This document shows, one piece after another, positions 17,556 through 26,830 of a stretch of 64,000 nucleotides of DNA (the first letter of the stretch is position 1; each line of letters starts with the position of its first letter). Origin of the DNA: an uncultured archaeon (GTDB taxonomy: Archaea > Aenigmatarchaeota > Aenigmatarchaeia > QMZP01 > QMZT01); NCBI GenBank assembly GCA_964441265.1, contig CAYYKJ010000005.1, positions 29,867 through 93,866 on the forward strand, written 5' to 3'. A model generated the notes under the pieces. It did not search any database. It was not told where the DNA came from and saw nothing but the letters and a program-made list of their open reading frames with translations. A program made the translations under genes and the position numbers.

Positions 17556-17975
17556 TCACAGATCAAGCAGTTTCAGGCCCGTCCTTTCGTCTTCCTTCCT
17601 TTTCAGTTCGTCCTCCAGGACGGTCAGAAAAATCTCGCAAGTCACGGATACGATACCCTTCGCGAGGTGGCCCGCATAGACGCGGCCTTTCTCGTCCCCC
17701 AGCGTGGCGTGGGCATGTATTACCAGCCCGTTTTCCGCCATGGCGACGCTTCCCGTCAGATTCGCTATTTCGAGCGGCTTCTCGATCTTGTTCATGGCAT
17801 ATCTCTTGTCTTCCTCGGAGAAGAGCCCGATCTCAGCGTATTGGAGGGCTCCGATCCCCGTGAAGAAGCCGGCGCCCATTTTCTGCTCTTCGCAGAACTT
17901 TCTGAGAGAGTTCATGACATCCTCTCCCTTGTCGACCCTTATCACGAAGACGTTCCCCTTCCTGGTGTGCTTCAT
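17556..17975 (-). CDS. PPC (DUF296) domain protein
   Basis: It contains FVIRVDKGEDVMNSLRKFCEE...GIGAL...LTGSVA...HAHATLGD. The start was set to ATG 17975, which has ATTTAAAT 21-28 nt upstream. Confidence 0.65.
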   Translation of the reverse strand: MKHTRKGNVFVIRVDKGEDVMNSLRKFCEEQKMGAGFFTGIGALQYAEIGLFSEEDKRYAMNKIEKPLEIANLTGSVAMAENGLVIHAHATLGDEKGRVYAGHLAKGIVSVTCEIFLTVLEDELKRKEDERTGLKLLDL

Positions 17976-17995
17976 GTTTATGGATAAACAAACTG

Positions 17996-18003
17996 ATTTA
18001 AAT
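17996..18003. promoter_or_regulatory. palindromic TATA box ATTTAAAT
   Basis: It lies 21-28 nt upstream of ATG 17975 on the minus strand and about 47 nt upstream of the plus-strand histidine kinase gene. Confidence 0.4.
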
Positions 18004-18049
18004 TTAACATCCAAAAGTCATGATTAAGATAATAATTTGACAGGAAAAG

Positions 18050-18769
18050 GTGTTGAAAATTTCTGAAGAAGAGAAGCTCCTGCATCTTTACGAAATAAGC
18101 GCGCATGATGTCAAGAATAAACTTGCCGGGATTCTTGGAATTTCGGAACTTTTGCTGTTGGAAGAAGGAATACCCAATAAAATCCGCAATGATTTGGAAG
18201 TCATACGCAATAGCTCACATAGTATCTCCAATACTTTAAAAAACATGGTGTACTTCTCAAGGATTTGCAGGGATGGCGGTGAACTTCCCGCAGGTCCTTC
18301 CAATCTTTATGAAGTCACGAGAAAGCAGATATATCTGCTGATGAAATGCTCGAAAAACAAGAAATTAAGTATAGTCAACAATACAAAGAACTCTTCCCTC
18401 GACGTCGGGATGGACGAGAAATTCCTCGGTTCCATAGTTTACAATCTTTTGCAGAACTCCGTAAAATACGGGGGGAATGAGATAGAACTGTCCGCGGAAA
18501 GTGGCGGTATAACAAAGGACGGCAGACCGTTCTTCGTTTACAGCAACAGGGACAAGGGTCCAGGCATATCCGCCGATCTCTTAGGCAAGATTTTCGTCCC
18601 ATTCGAGGGCAACGGTACTGGAATTGGCCTTTGCGCGGTCAAAGAGATAGTCGAGGCTTACAAAGGGGGCATAGAAATCGACACCTCAACCACAGAGCCC
18701 ACGTATACAAGAATCAGTCTCACTCTGCCCTCTTACAGCAGGATAATAAGGCCGGACGGCCATTTTTAA
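18050..18769 (+). CDS. sensor histidine kinase (HisKA + HATPase_c, no TM sensor domain)
   Basis: It has the H-box SAHDVKNKLAGILG, the N-box LLQNSVKYG and the G-boxes DKGPGI and GTGIGLCAVKEIVEAYKG. Confidence 0.7.
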   Translation: MLKISEEEKLLHLYEISAHDVKNKLAGILGISELLLLEEGIPNKIRNDLEVIRNSSHSISNTLKNMVYFSRICRDGGELPAGPSNLYEVTRKQIYLLMKCSKNKKLSIVNNTKNSSLDVGMDEKFLGSIVYNLLQNSVKYGGNEIELSAESGGITKDGRPFFVYSNRDKGPGISADLLGKIFVPFEGNGTGIGLCAVKEIVEAYKGGIEIDTSTTEPTYTRISLTLPSYSRIIRPDGHF

Positions 18770-18788
18770 GTCAGTATTTCAGTGGATT

Positions 18789-19061
18789 TTATCTTTCCTG
18801 CTGCCACGGAAGCAGTTTTTCCAGCACGATTCTTTTCGGATAACCTCGGATCTCTCTGTTTTTCCATGAACAAGAATTAGATTCTACCGGATCATCGGCC
18901 AGGTATACCTTTGATTTTCTGATGTCTTTTTCACTCATGACAATGGCATATTTGGTTTTTCCTGAGAGATTTTCGGGAATCTTGAGGTTTTTGTGCCTGC
19001 TCGGGAATTCTACGATATCCGCCACCGCTCTCAGGGTTCCTTCCCCGGCATAGTCTCTCAT
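18789..19061 (-). CDS. hypothetical protein
   Basis: A 90-aa ORF with ATTTAAAT 23-30 nt upstream of its start. Confidence 0.35.
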   Translation of the reverse strand: MRDYAGEGTLRAVADIVEFPSRHKNLKIPENLSGKTKYAIVMSEKDIRKSKVYLADDPVESNSCSWKNREIRGYPKRIVLEKLLPWQQER

Positions 19062-19083
19062 GGTTTAATTATGACAGAAAAAA

Positions 19084-19091
19084 ATTTAAAT
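19084..19091. promoter_or_regulatory. palindromic TATA box ATTTAAAT
   Basis: It lies 23-30 nt upstream of start 19061 on the minus strand and overlaps the cysS stop codon. Confidence 0.4.
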
Positions 19092-20618
19092 CAATCTCCA
19101 TCTCGTGCCCTTCTCCTTGTCCTCCAGCACGATTCCCAGCTCTTTCAGTTCCTCCCTGATCATGTCGGACATGTCGTATTCCTTCCTCTTCCGCAGGCTC
19201 TCCCTCACGTCGGCGATCATGGTGACCAGCTGATCCAGAAGATCGTGACCGGGCTCCAGCGTCTTCATCCTCTTTATCTCGGAGTCCAGCTTCTTTGCCG
19301 CCTTGGGGTCTTTGGAATCCAGGTCCCTGTGTATCTTCGTGGCCAGCCCGAACACCTTGCCCATCAGCTCCGGGGGTATCTCCTTCTTCCCCAGAACGCC
19401 GAGAACCCTGTCGAATCTGTTTATGGTCTTCTCTGCCATCTGCGCGTCTCCGGTTCCCATCTTACCCTCTTCGATCAGCTTGTTGACTTCCTTTATGAAA
19501 TCGAACATGGAAGCCAGGGCGGTGTTTATGTCCAGGTCGTCATCCATGGCCTTCCTGAAGTCATCCATGGCCTTCCTGGTTAGGTCCTTCACCCTGGGAT
19601 TTTTCCTGCTTCCCCTGGTCTCCCCCAGCAGGTCGAGGAAATTGTGTATCCTCTCCAGCGCCTGCTTCGAGTCCCAGAGCACCTTGTCGGTTATGTTGAG
19701 CTTGGAGCGGTAATGGGTGGATATGAGGGAATACCTTATCGCCATGGTATCGTGTCCCCTTTTTACTAGATCCCGGAGGGTGAAGAAGTTCCCCTCGGAT
19801 TTGCTCATCTTCTTGCCCTCCACCAGCACGTGCTCGTTGTGGAGCCAGTATCGGACGAACTGCTTCCCGTTGGCGGCCTCGGACTGGGCGATCTCGTTCT
19901 CGTGGTGGGGGAATATGAGGTCCACCCCTCCCCCGTGGATATCTATGGTGGGCCCGAGATACTTGGTGCTCATGACCGAGCACTCTATGTGCCATCCGGG
20001 GCGTCCCTTCCCGAGATCCGTCTCCCAGAACACGTCCCCGTCCTCCTTGGTCCATGCCTTCCACAGGGCGAAGTCCCTGGCCTCCTCCTTGGTGTATTCA
20101 TCCTGGGAGACCCTGGCGCCTGATTTGAGCTGGGAGAGGTCTATCTTGGAGAGCTTCCCGTACCCGTCGAACTTGGAGACGTCGTAGTATATACAGTCGT
20201 CTTCCCCCTTGTAGGCGTATCCCTTCTTGAGAAGCTTTTTCACCATCTTGACCATGTCTTTTGTCTCCTCGGTGGCCTTGGGGTAAACCTCGAAATCCTC
20301 CACGTTGAGCTCCTTCAGGTCCTCGAAGAATATCTTCGTGTACCTCTCCGTGAATTCCTTCAGGGTCACTCCCTCCTTCCGGGAGTCCCTGATGGTCTTG
20401 TCATCCACATCCGTTATGTTCATGACGTGCTTGACCCTGAATCCCCTGTACTTCAGGTATCTCCTGAGGAGGTCGTAGAACATGAAGGCCCTTAGGTTTC
20501 CTATGTGGGCGTAGGAATATACGGTGGGTCCGCAGGTATACATGTTCACCTTGCCCTTCTTCAGGGGTATGAATTCGTCCTTCTTCCTGGTCAGCGTGTT
20601 GTAAAACCTGAGCACCAT
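19086..20618 (-). CDS. cysS: cysteinyl-tRNA synthetase
   Basis: It has the HIGH motif CGPTVYSYAHIGNLR and the KMSKS motif KMSKSEGN. The track start is 20633. ATG 20618 (MVLRFYNTLTR) is preferred because ATTTAAAT lies 23-30 nt upstream. Confidence 0.9.
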   Translation of the reverse strand: MVLRFYNTLTRKKDEFIPLKKGKVNMYTCGPTVYSYAHIGNLRAFMFYDLLRRYLKYRGFRVKHVMNITDVDDKTIRDSRKEGVTLKEFTERYTKIFFEDLKELNVEDFEVYPKATEETKDMVKMVKKLLKKGYAYKGEDDCIYYDVSKFDGYGKLSKIDLSQLKSGARVSQDEYTKEEARDFALWKAWTKEDGDVFWETDLGKGRPGWHIECSVMSTKYLGPTIDIHGGGVDLIFPHHENEIAQSEAANGKQFVRYWLHNEHVLVEGKKMSKSEGNFFTLRDLVKRGHDTMAIRYSLISTHYRSKLNITDKVLWDSKQALERIHNFLDLLGETRGSRKNPRVKDLTRKAMDDFRKAMDDDLDINTALASMFDFIKEVNKLIEEGKMGTGDAQMAEKTINRFDRVLGVLGKKEIPPELMGKVFGLATKIHRDLDSKDPKAAKKLDSEIKRMKTLEPGHDLLDQLVTMIADVRESLRKRKEYDMSDMIREELKELGIVLEDKEKGTRWRLI

Positions 20619-20640
20619 ATTATCACTTTCCATCCATTCA

Positions 20641-20648
20641 ATTTAAAT
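20641..20648. promoter_or_regulatory. palindromic TATA box ATTTAAAT
   Basis: It lies 23-30 nt upstream of cysS ATG 20618 and overlaps the stop codon of the wHTH gene. Confidence 0.4.
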
Positions 20649-20855
20649 CTTTCTTCCGGTCAGGCGGAAGGTTTTCCTCCTCATGTCCCCGAGGTCGGCG
20701 TTTTCCCTGACCATCCCCATATCCTCGAGCTTCCTTATCGCGAACCTTATGGTCCGTTCGGGCATACCGGTCCTTTCCCTTATCTCGCTCAGATGATGTT
20801 CGGAATCCTCCAGCACCTCCATGACCTTCTTTCCGCTCCTGGGTATGTCACACAT
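20643..20855 (-). CDS. small winged-HTH regulator
   Basis: A 70-aa ORF containing LSEIRERTGMPERTIRFAIRKLEDMGMV. It abuts the cysK stop codon. Confidence 0.6.
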   Translation of the reverse strand: MCDIPRSGKKVMEVLEDSEHHLSEIRERTGMPERTIRFAIRKLEDMGMVRENADLGDMRRKTFRLTGRKI

Positions 20856-21746
20856 TCATTCACCTCCGAAAAGTCCGGTTGACAGGTATTTCATGCCCCC
20901 GTCCGGCAGCATCGCAACTATCGTTCCCCTTTTAACTTTCTTCGCCTCTCTAATGGCAGCGAATACAGCGGCGCCGGAACTCATTCCCGCGAATATACCT
21001 TCTTTCCCGGCCAGGATTCTGGAGGTTCTGACTGCATCTTCCATCCTCACCAGGACCCTCCCGTCTGTTCCGGAGGGGTCCAGTATTTCCGGGACCCGGT
21101 TAATCTCCATGTTCTTCAGTCCCTGTATGGGCGTGTCCCTGTGGGGCTCCACTCCGACCACGCGGATGCTGGGGTTCTTCTCCCTCAGGAACCTTCCTGC
21201 GCCCATTATGGTCCCGCATGTCCCCATGCCGGCCACGAAGACGTCCACTTCCCCGCTCTGCTCCCATATCTCCGGTCCGGTGGTCTCGTAGTGGGCGAGG
21301 GCGTTGGAGGGATTGCTGAACTGGTCGGTGAGGAAATATTCATCATCCATTGCCAGCTCCCCGGCCTTGTCTCTCGCCCCGTCCATTCCCCTGCCGGCAT
21401 GGGTCAGGATGATTTCTGCGCCGAATGCCTTCATGATTCTCCTTCTTTCGATGCTCATGGATTCAGGCATGACCAGGGTGGCTTTGTATCCCTTCTCCGC
21501 CGCAATCATGGCCAGCGCTATTCCCGTGTTTCCCGAAGTGGCCTCGAGTATCTTTTTACCCCTGAAGAGTTCGCCCTTCCTTTCCGCGCTTTCGATCATG
21601 TATTTCGCGGCGCGGTCCTTGACCGATCCCCCGGGGTTGGCCGCCTCCAGCTTGGCGAGTATTCTCACGCTTGGATTGGGGTTCATTTTCCTTATCTCCA
21701 CCATAGGGGTGTTGCCTATGGCGGAGGTTACGCTTTTTCTGGTCAT
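20856..21746 (-). CDS. cysK: cysteine synthase (PLP-dependent O-acetyl/O-phosphoserine sulfhydrylase family)
   Basis: It has GNTPMVEI...NPGGSVKDRAA with the PLP lysine, SGNTGIALA and a GTCGTIMG loop. Confidence 0.88.
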   Translation of the reverse strand: MTRKSVTSAIGNTPMVEIRKMNPNPSVRILAKLEAANPGGSVKDRAAKYMIESAERKGELFRGKKILEATSGNTGIALAMIAAEKGYKATLVMPESMSIERRRIMKAFGAEIILTHAGRGMDGARDKAGELAMDDEYFLTDQFSNPSNALAHYETTGPEIWEQSGEVDVFVAGMGTCGTIMGAGRFLREKNPSIRVVGVEPHRDTPIQGLKNMEINRVPEILDPSGTDGRVLVRMEDAVRTSRILAGKEGIFAGMSSGAAVFAAIREAKKVKRGTIVAMLPDGGMKYLSTGLFGGE

Positions 21747-22069
21747 GCCCCCCTCCCTGTCAGGTCAATGATTCCGGATACGTGGACCAGGCGTTTCCCC
21801 AGCCTGATAAAATGGAATGTGGACTTCGGCGGGAATTTCTCCCCCCTTTCCGCCTTTTCAAGAACCCGCCCCTTGGTGAGGTCCTTCTTCGATTTCAGGA
21901 CTATTCTCGGATCGCTGTAATCCACCGAAATCGCGGGAATTCTCTCCAGACCCATCCTTTTGAATGCCCCCACCCTATGGTGGCCGTCTATGATCATCTT
22001 TGAATGCCCGTCGATGACTATGGGGGATTTCAGACCGCTTTTTTCGATGGACCTTTCCAGGAAGTCCAC
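21743..22069 (-). CDS. ParB-like/Srx-fold domain protein; conserved region continues upstream to 22219 without a start codon
   Basis: It contains PIVIDGHSKMIIDGHHRVGAFKRMGLERIPA. Its stop overlaps the cysK start by 4 nt. The upstream in-frame stretch RIRSDSVPINTLKGHEDIRKGTVDFLERSIEKSG also looks like part of the domain. Confidence 0.6.
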   Translation of the reverse strand: MDFLERSIEKSGLKSPIVIDGHSKMIIDGHHRVGAFKRMGLERIPAISVDYSDPRIVLKSKKDLTKGRVLEKAERGEKFPPKSTFHFIRLGKRLVHVSGIIDLTGRGA

Positions 22070-22353
22070 CGTGCCTTTCCTGATGTCTTCATGCCCCTTC
22101 AGTGTATTTATCGGGACGGAGTCAGACCTGATGCGTATGTTTTCCCTCAGAAACAGATCGATAGAAGAACCCCTGGACAGATCATTTCCCAGGACAGAGA
22201 TTCTTCGCGGTTTCCATCGTTATCAATTACCTTTTCGCGGGTAAGTTATATATGCTTTTCGTTAGGGGCAAGAAAAATATCACAGAATACTGCCGGAATG
22301 GGAATTTAAGTATATAAGGGATTTCCCTGGAAATTATAAAGGGGTGATGTATA

Positions 22354-23724
22354 ATGGCATCTAAAATTTGTTTCATTGGCATGTTTCTGGCCATTCTCAT
22401 GTTTTCGGGGTCTGTTCTGGCCCAGACAGGTGATACCGTTGATGAGCCGGTTAGCGGTACGCAGACTCAGGAAGTGGTGCAGCAGCCGGGGACGATGGGC
22501 ACGGAAAGCGGTTGCGGATGTAATTATGACGGGGTTTGCGATGAAAGCGAATGCAGCGACTGCAAAGACTGCATGAATTACCTTTCCGCCATCATCGAAA
22601 ATGCGGTGCAGAAAACTACGACAAGACCCTCAGTGAAGATGGTGTATGCGGTTGATGATTCTCTCATGAGAGAGCTGGATTCGCTCATGCTCAGGCTCAA
22701 GGAAGCCGAGATGTCCGGTGATTCCTCGCTGGCTGAGAAGATGAGGTCCAGGATAAGGGAAGTGAGGGATAGGATAGACTCCTCTTCGGGCGCTTCCGGA
22801 GAGTCCGGATCGGGCTCCGGGGGAGAGGCTTACACGCCGGCGAAAGAGGCCATGCAGGTGGACAAATGCGCGGAGCTGAAGAACTGGGAAGTGAAAAGGG
22901 ACTTCTATCTGGGTCTGAAAGAGCTCACTGACGAGGAACTCAGAGCAAAGGGTTATTCGGGTCGCGAAGAGATAGAGGCGACCATAGAGAAGCTGGAAGA
23001 CGGCATGGAAAGGATAAGGAGGGAATGCACCGGTTCATCCACCCCGGAAAGCGGGGGATTCGGTGAGACGCAAGCGACCGTTGAGAGGCCGGTCGTAGCG
23101 ACGAATGCCGGTGAAATCGGCAATTATTACAGGATAAGGATAGAGAGCATAATGAGCGATGCGGAGAATCTGGACGAGAAGATAGAAAACCTCAAGGACT
23201 TGAGGAATGACGTAGACAACCTCATATCCGAGCTCATAAAAAGCAGGGACTCCTTCAACGCTTCGGATGTCTCTGGCTTCGTGGAGAGCGTGCAGGTGAC
23301 TCCCGGCAGGATCGTTGCCGGCAATGTCGGCGTGAATGCTCTGGGAAAGAGGATTTACACGAATCTGAACGATAGAGAGATAGAGATATCGCCTTCTGAG
23401 AGCCATGTGGTTATAAGGGAGGAGGGCGTAGAGGTGAACGCCTCCGATGTCAAAATAGAGAAGGGAAAGATGACAGTCGGATCCTCCGAGGTGAAGGTGA
23501 ATCCTTCCCAGGCACGGAGCATGGCCGCAAAGGTAGTCCGGTCCGTAAGGAACATGGAGCTGAAGAGCGAGGAAGGAAGGGCCGTGTATTCGGTGGAAGG
23601 CCAGGAAGACAGAAATCTTCTCGGTTTCATCCCCGTGAGGATGGACAAGAGGGTGACGATAGACGCCGCCAGTGCCGAGCAGATAAGTGAGGAAGCTCCC
23701 TGGTGGTCGTTCATGGCGTTCTGA
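22354..23724 (+). CDS. secreted hypothetical protein with Cys-rich motif and coiled-coil segments
   Basis: It has the signal peptide MASKICFIGMFLAILMFSGSVLA and the motif GCGCNYDGVCDESECSDCKDC. Confidence 0.5.
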   Translation: MASKICFIGMFLAILMFSGSVLAQTGDTVDEPVSGTQTQEVVQQPGTMGTESGCGCNYDGVCDESECSDCKDCMNYLSAIIENAVQKTTTRPSVKMVYAVDDSLMRELDSLMLRLKEAEMSGDSSLAEKMRSRIREVRDRIDSSSGASGESGSGSGGEAYTPAKEAMQVDKCAELKNWEVKRDFYLGLKELTDEELRAKGYSGREEIEATIEKLEDGMERIRRECTGSSTPESGGFGETQATVERPVVATNAGEIGNYYRIRIESIMSDAENLDEKIENLKDLRNDVDNLISELIKSRDSFNASDVSGFVESVQVTPGRIVAGNVGVNALGKRIYTNLNDREIEISPSESHVVIREEGVEVNASDVKIEKGKMTVGSSEVKVNPSQARSMAAKVVRSVRNMELKSEEGRAVYSVEGQEDRNLLGFIPVRMDKRVTIDAASAEQISEEAPWWSFMAF

Positions 23725-23765
23725 GGGAGAACGCCATTTTTTATTTCTTTTTTCATTCTAATAAC

Positions 23766-24104
23766 ATGGGGAAGATATCGGAATTCATAGGATACATGGA
23801 GGCGAAGCATATCAGATCAGGCGACAGAGTGCCCGAAATAGCAGTGAACAACGGCGAGGTCAGACCCCTTGAACTGGAGTCCGACGGTTTTTGCGGGATT
23901 AAAAGAATTCTGAGATGTCTAGAAAAACCGGTGAGTCTTGATATTTTTTATATAAAGAACCCCCTTACGGGAAAGGAACTGAGTTTCGGGGTAGGCCGCT
24001 GCATAGAACAGGCATACAGGGAGCAAAACGCTGTTCCCGCTTCGGACTATCCGCTCGGATGCAGAGTTTGTTCTTATGTGAAAAACACTCTGGTGAGGCT
24101 CTGA
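23766..24104 (+). CDS. hypothetical protein
   Basis: The first ATG of the 133-aa track ORF after the upstream gene ends was used. No motif was recognised. Confidence 0.35.
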   Translation: MGKISEFIGYMEAKHIRSGDRVPEIAVNNGEVRPLELESDGFCGIKRILRCLEKPVSLDIFYIKNPLTGKELSFGVGRCIEQAYREQNAVPASDYPLGCRVCSYVKNTLVRL

Positions 24105-24152
24105 TCAGCGTCTTCTCAAAACAAATTAAAGAAGTGGAAACATAGAATAACC

Positions 24153-25340
24153 ATGGAACTTTGGACGGACAAGTACAGGCCCGGAAGCGTCGGGGGGATC
24201 CTCAGCCAGAACAAGGCCGTCGAGGCGACGCTCTCCTTCCTCAGCCAGTGGAAACCGGGTAAGGCTCTCCTGTTTTACGGCCCGCCGGGGACAGGGAAGA
24301 CCCTGCTGGCGGAGACCGTGGCCAGGGAGAGGGGATGGATGCTGACCGCCCTCAACGCTTCGGACAAGAGGAACACGGATGCGATAGAATCACAGATGCT
24401 GGAGTCCTCCAAGAACAGGGGGCTCTTTTCCAAGGGGAGGCTCATACTCATAGACGAGATAGACGGGCTCTCCGGGAACAGCGACAGGGGAGGTGCCCAG
24501 GCGGTAATAAAGGTGATAAAGGAATCGAAATTCCCGGTCATACTCACGGCGAACGACCCTTACAGTTCAAAGCTGAAGAGTCTCAGGAGATACTGTAAGA
24601 TGGTCAAGTTCTCCAAGGTCCATGCGCTTTCCATAGCCAAGAGGCTGAGGGAGATATGCGAGTCCGAGGGCATTTCTGTCAGGGGGGACGTTCTCAAGAA
24701 CCTCGCCAGGTGGTCCTCCGGGGACATGCGCTCCGCCCTCGCCGACCTGCAGGGGATTTCCCAGAGAAGGGAGGAGATAGGGGAGGACGACCTTCTCTCC
24801 CTTGGATACAGGGAAAGGAAATCCAATGTATTCGAGATACTCCCGGCGGTATTCAAATCCGGCAACCCCAGGGCGGCCAGGAAGGCCATATACGAGTGCG
24901 ACAAGGACCCCGACGAGATATTCTGGTGGATCGAAAGCAACGTTCATTCCCAGTTCAGGGATCCCTCCTCGCTGGCCATGGCTCTGGACATGCTTTCCAG
25001 GGCCGACCTTTACAGGCAGAAGGTGATGAAGCAGCAGAACTGGGCCTTCAAGGGATACATGGTGGACCTCATGTCGGGAGTTTCACTTTCCGGGGAGACT
25101 GCCAGCGGATTCGTCCCCTTCAATCCGCCCAAGCGGCTGGTCATGCTGGGACGCTCCAAATCATCCCGGGCAAAGATGAAGCCCGTGATAGAGAAGATAG
25201 GTGCATACACCCACTCCTCCGGCAGGGTGGTCAGGAGGGAATACATCCCCCTGTTGAGAATCATGCTCGGGAAAGGGACGGTTCCCCGGGAAGGTATGGA
25301 GCTGACGGAGGACGAGGGGAAGACTTTGATTTCCGGGTGA
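24153..25340 (+). CDS. rfcL: replication factor C large subunit
   Basis: It has ELWTDKYRP, the Walker A motif GPPGTGKT, the Walker B motif LILIDEIDG and a SGDMRSA sensor-like motif. Confidence 0.85.
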   Translation: MELWTDKYRPGSVGGILSQNKAVEATLSFLSQWKPGKALLFYGPPGTGKTLLAETVARERGWMLTALNASDKRNTDAIESQMLESSKNRGLFSKGRLILIDEIDGLSGNSDRGGAQAVIKVIKESKFPVILTANDPYSSKLKSLRRYCKMVKFSKVHALSIAKRLREICESEGISVRGDVLKNLARWSSGDMRSALADLQGISQRREEIGEDDLLSLGYRERKSNVFEILPAVFKSGNPRAARKAIYECDKDPDEIFWWIESNVHSQFRDPSSLAMALDMLSRADLYRQKVMKQQNWAFKGYMVDLMSGVSLSGETASGFVPFNPPKRLVMLGRSKSSRAKMKPVIEKIGAYTHSSGRVVRREYIPLLRIMLGKGTVPREGMELTEDEGKTLISG

Positions 25341-25395
25341 AATCCTCTTTTTTGGATGCACTCAAGATTAAAAAATTTCTTCCGTAAGAAGAGAT

Positions 25396-25848
25396 ATGGC
25401 CGAGATAATTTACGGGAAAGATGAATTCGTATTGAAAGTGCCTCAGGAACTGCCTAAAGAACTGGAGCCCTCGGTTTCAGGAGATGATATTCCCATCTTC
25501 CCGGAATATCTTGAGAGAAGTTTGTCTGGTTCCTCCACTTGGATAACTTGTCTTCCCGCGGTTGATATAATGTACATCACCGATGGTAAAAAGGCAATCA
25601 ATTTTTTTATGGAAAAGTTCGATGAAAAATCCCGAAGAGAAAGGAATTTCGGGCTCGTGAGCAAGTATCACGATTTTGGAAGTGGTTCCGAAAGAAAGAC
25701 CTTTGTGCAGAAGGAGAGATCAGTGAGGGCAAGATACCTGCTTGTTACCGGATATGATGAAAATCCGTTTATGATAGATGTGAAAAAACCAAAAACTCTT
25801 ACTGTAATTTCTGAACCAGAGCGGATTCATGTTTACGAAATCCGATAA
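25396..25848 (+). CDS. hypothetical protein
   Basis: A 150-aa ORF with no recognised motif. Confidence 0.4.
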   Translation: MAEIIYGKDEFVLKVPQELPKELEPSVSGDDIPIFPEYLERSLSGSSTWITCLPAVDIMYITDGKKAINFFMEKFDEKSRRERNFGLVSKYHDFGSGSERKTFVQKERSVRARYLLVTGYDENPFMIDVKKPKTLTVISEPERIHVYEIR

Positions 25849-25853
25849 AAATA

Positions 25854-26810
25854 TTATTTCAAATAGATGTTCCCGAAGTCGGGCGTGTACACGTAATCGT
25901 CTTCCGTTGATGCTCTCTTCATCCTCCCCAGCATGTACACCACCTTGGAGTCTATGTCGTCCGCGTGGTATACGCAGAGCGCCTCGGGCGTGGCGGGCGT
26001 CCTGGGCGATCCGTATTCCATCTTCCCGTGGTGGGAAGCGAGTATGTGCTTTATCTTGAGCCGGAGCTCTTCCGGAGTCCCCAGTTCCTCCATCTTCCCG
26101 TTGACCATCTCCAGCGATAACAGGAGATGACCTATCATCATCCCCTCGGTGGAGGTCTTTATGTTGGTGGTCACGGAGAGCTCCTTCATCTTCCCCACGT
26201 CATGGAGCATGGCTCCCGTGATCATTATGTCCCTGTCCAGTTCCTTGTGGATTTTGGAGAGCAGGTCGCATATCCTGGTCACGTGGAGCGTGTGCTCCAG
26301 GAGGCCCCCTATCCATCCGTGGTGCCTGTACATGGCGGCGGGATGCTTCCTGAACTTTCCGGCGATATTCTCATCGTCCCTTATGAAGGCGAACACCAGC
26401 TTCTTCAGGTCGGGGTTCTTTATGGACTCCGCGAAGCCGTTGAGCTCCCCGATCATCTCCTCCTGGTCCCTTTGGGAAACGGGCAGGAATTCCGCCGGAT
26501 CGTATTCCCCCCTTTTCACGACCTTTATGAATCCTCCCGGGGGGTTCACGTTTATGGAGACCATGTTCCTGAACTCGGTCGACTCTCCCTTTATGTGCAC
26601 GACTCCGTCCGGGTTTATGGAGTTGAACAGTTTCTCCACTTCTTTTCTGTCGTTTCCTCCCCAGTAGCTGAGCATCATTTCTCCGGAGGTGTCCCCTATC
26701 CGCATTTTGAACATGTAGCCCTTCTGGTAAGGGGTTATGTTCCTCTTGAACTTTACCACGAATTTCCCTTCCACAGGCTTGTAGGGCTTTAGTTCGATCA
26801 GCGAAGTCAT
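25854..26810 (-). CDS. OB-fold plus HD-domain phosphohydrolase (YhaM-like)
   Basis: It has the HD motifs HHGWIGGLLEHTLHV and LHDVGK. The start was set to ATG 26810 to avoid overlap with the divergent gene; ATTTAAAA lies 21-28 nt upstream. Confidence 0.7.
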   Translation of the reverse strand: MTSLIELKPYKPVEGKFVVKFKRNITPYQKGYMFKMRIGDTSGEMMLSYWGGNDRKEVEKLFNSINPDGVVHIKGESTEFRNMVSINVNPPGGFIKVVKRGEYDPAEFLPVSQRDQEEMIGELNGFAESIKNPDLKKLVFAFIRDDENIAGKFRKHPAAMYRHHGWIGGLLEHTLHVTRICDLLSKIHKELDRDIMITGAMLHDVGKMKELSVTTNIKTSTEGMMIGHLLLSLEMVNGKMEELGTPEELRLKIKHILASHHGKMEYGSPRTPATPEALCVYHADDIDSKVVYMLGRMKRASTEDDYVYTPDFGNIYLK

Positions 26811-26830
26811 AATAAAAAGGGGGAGGAATG

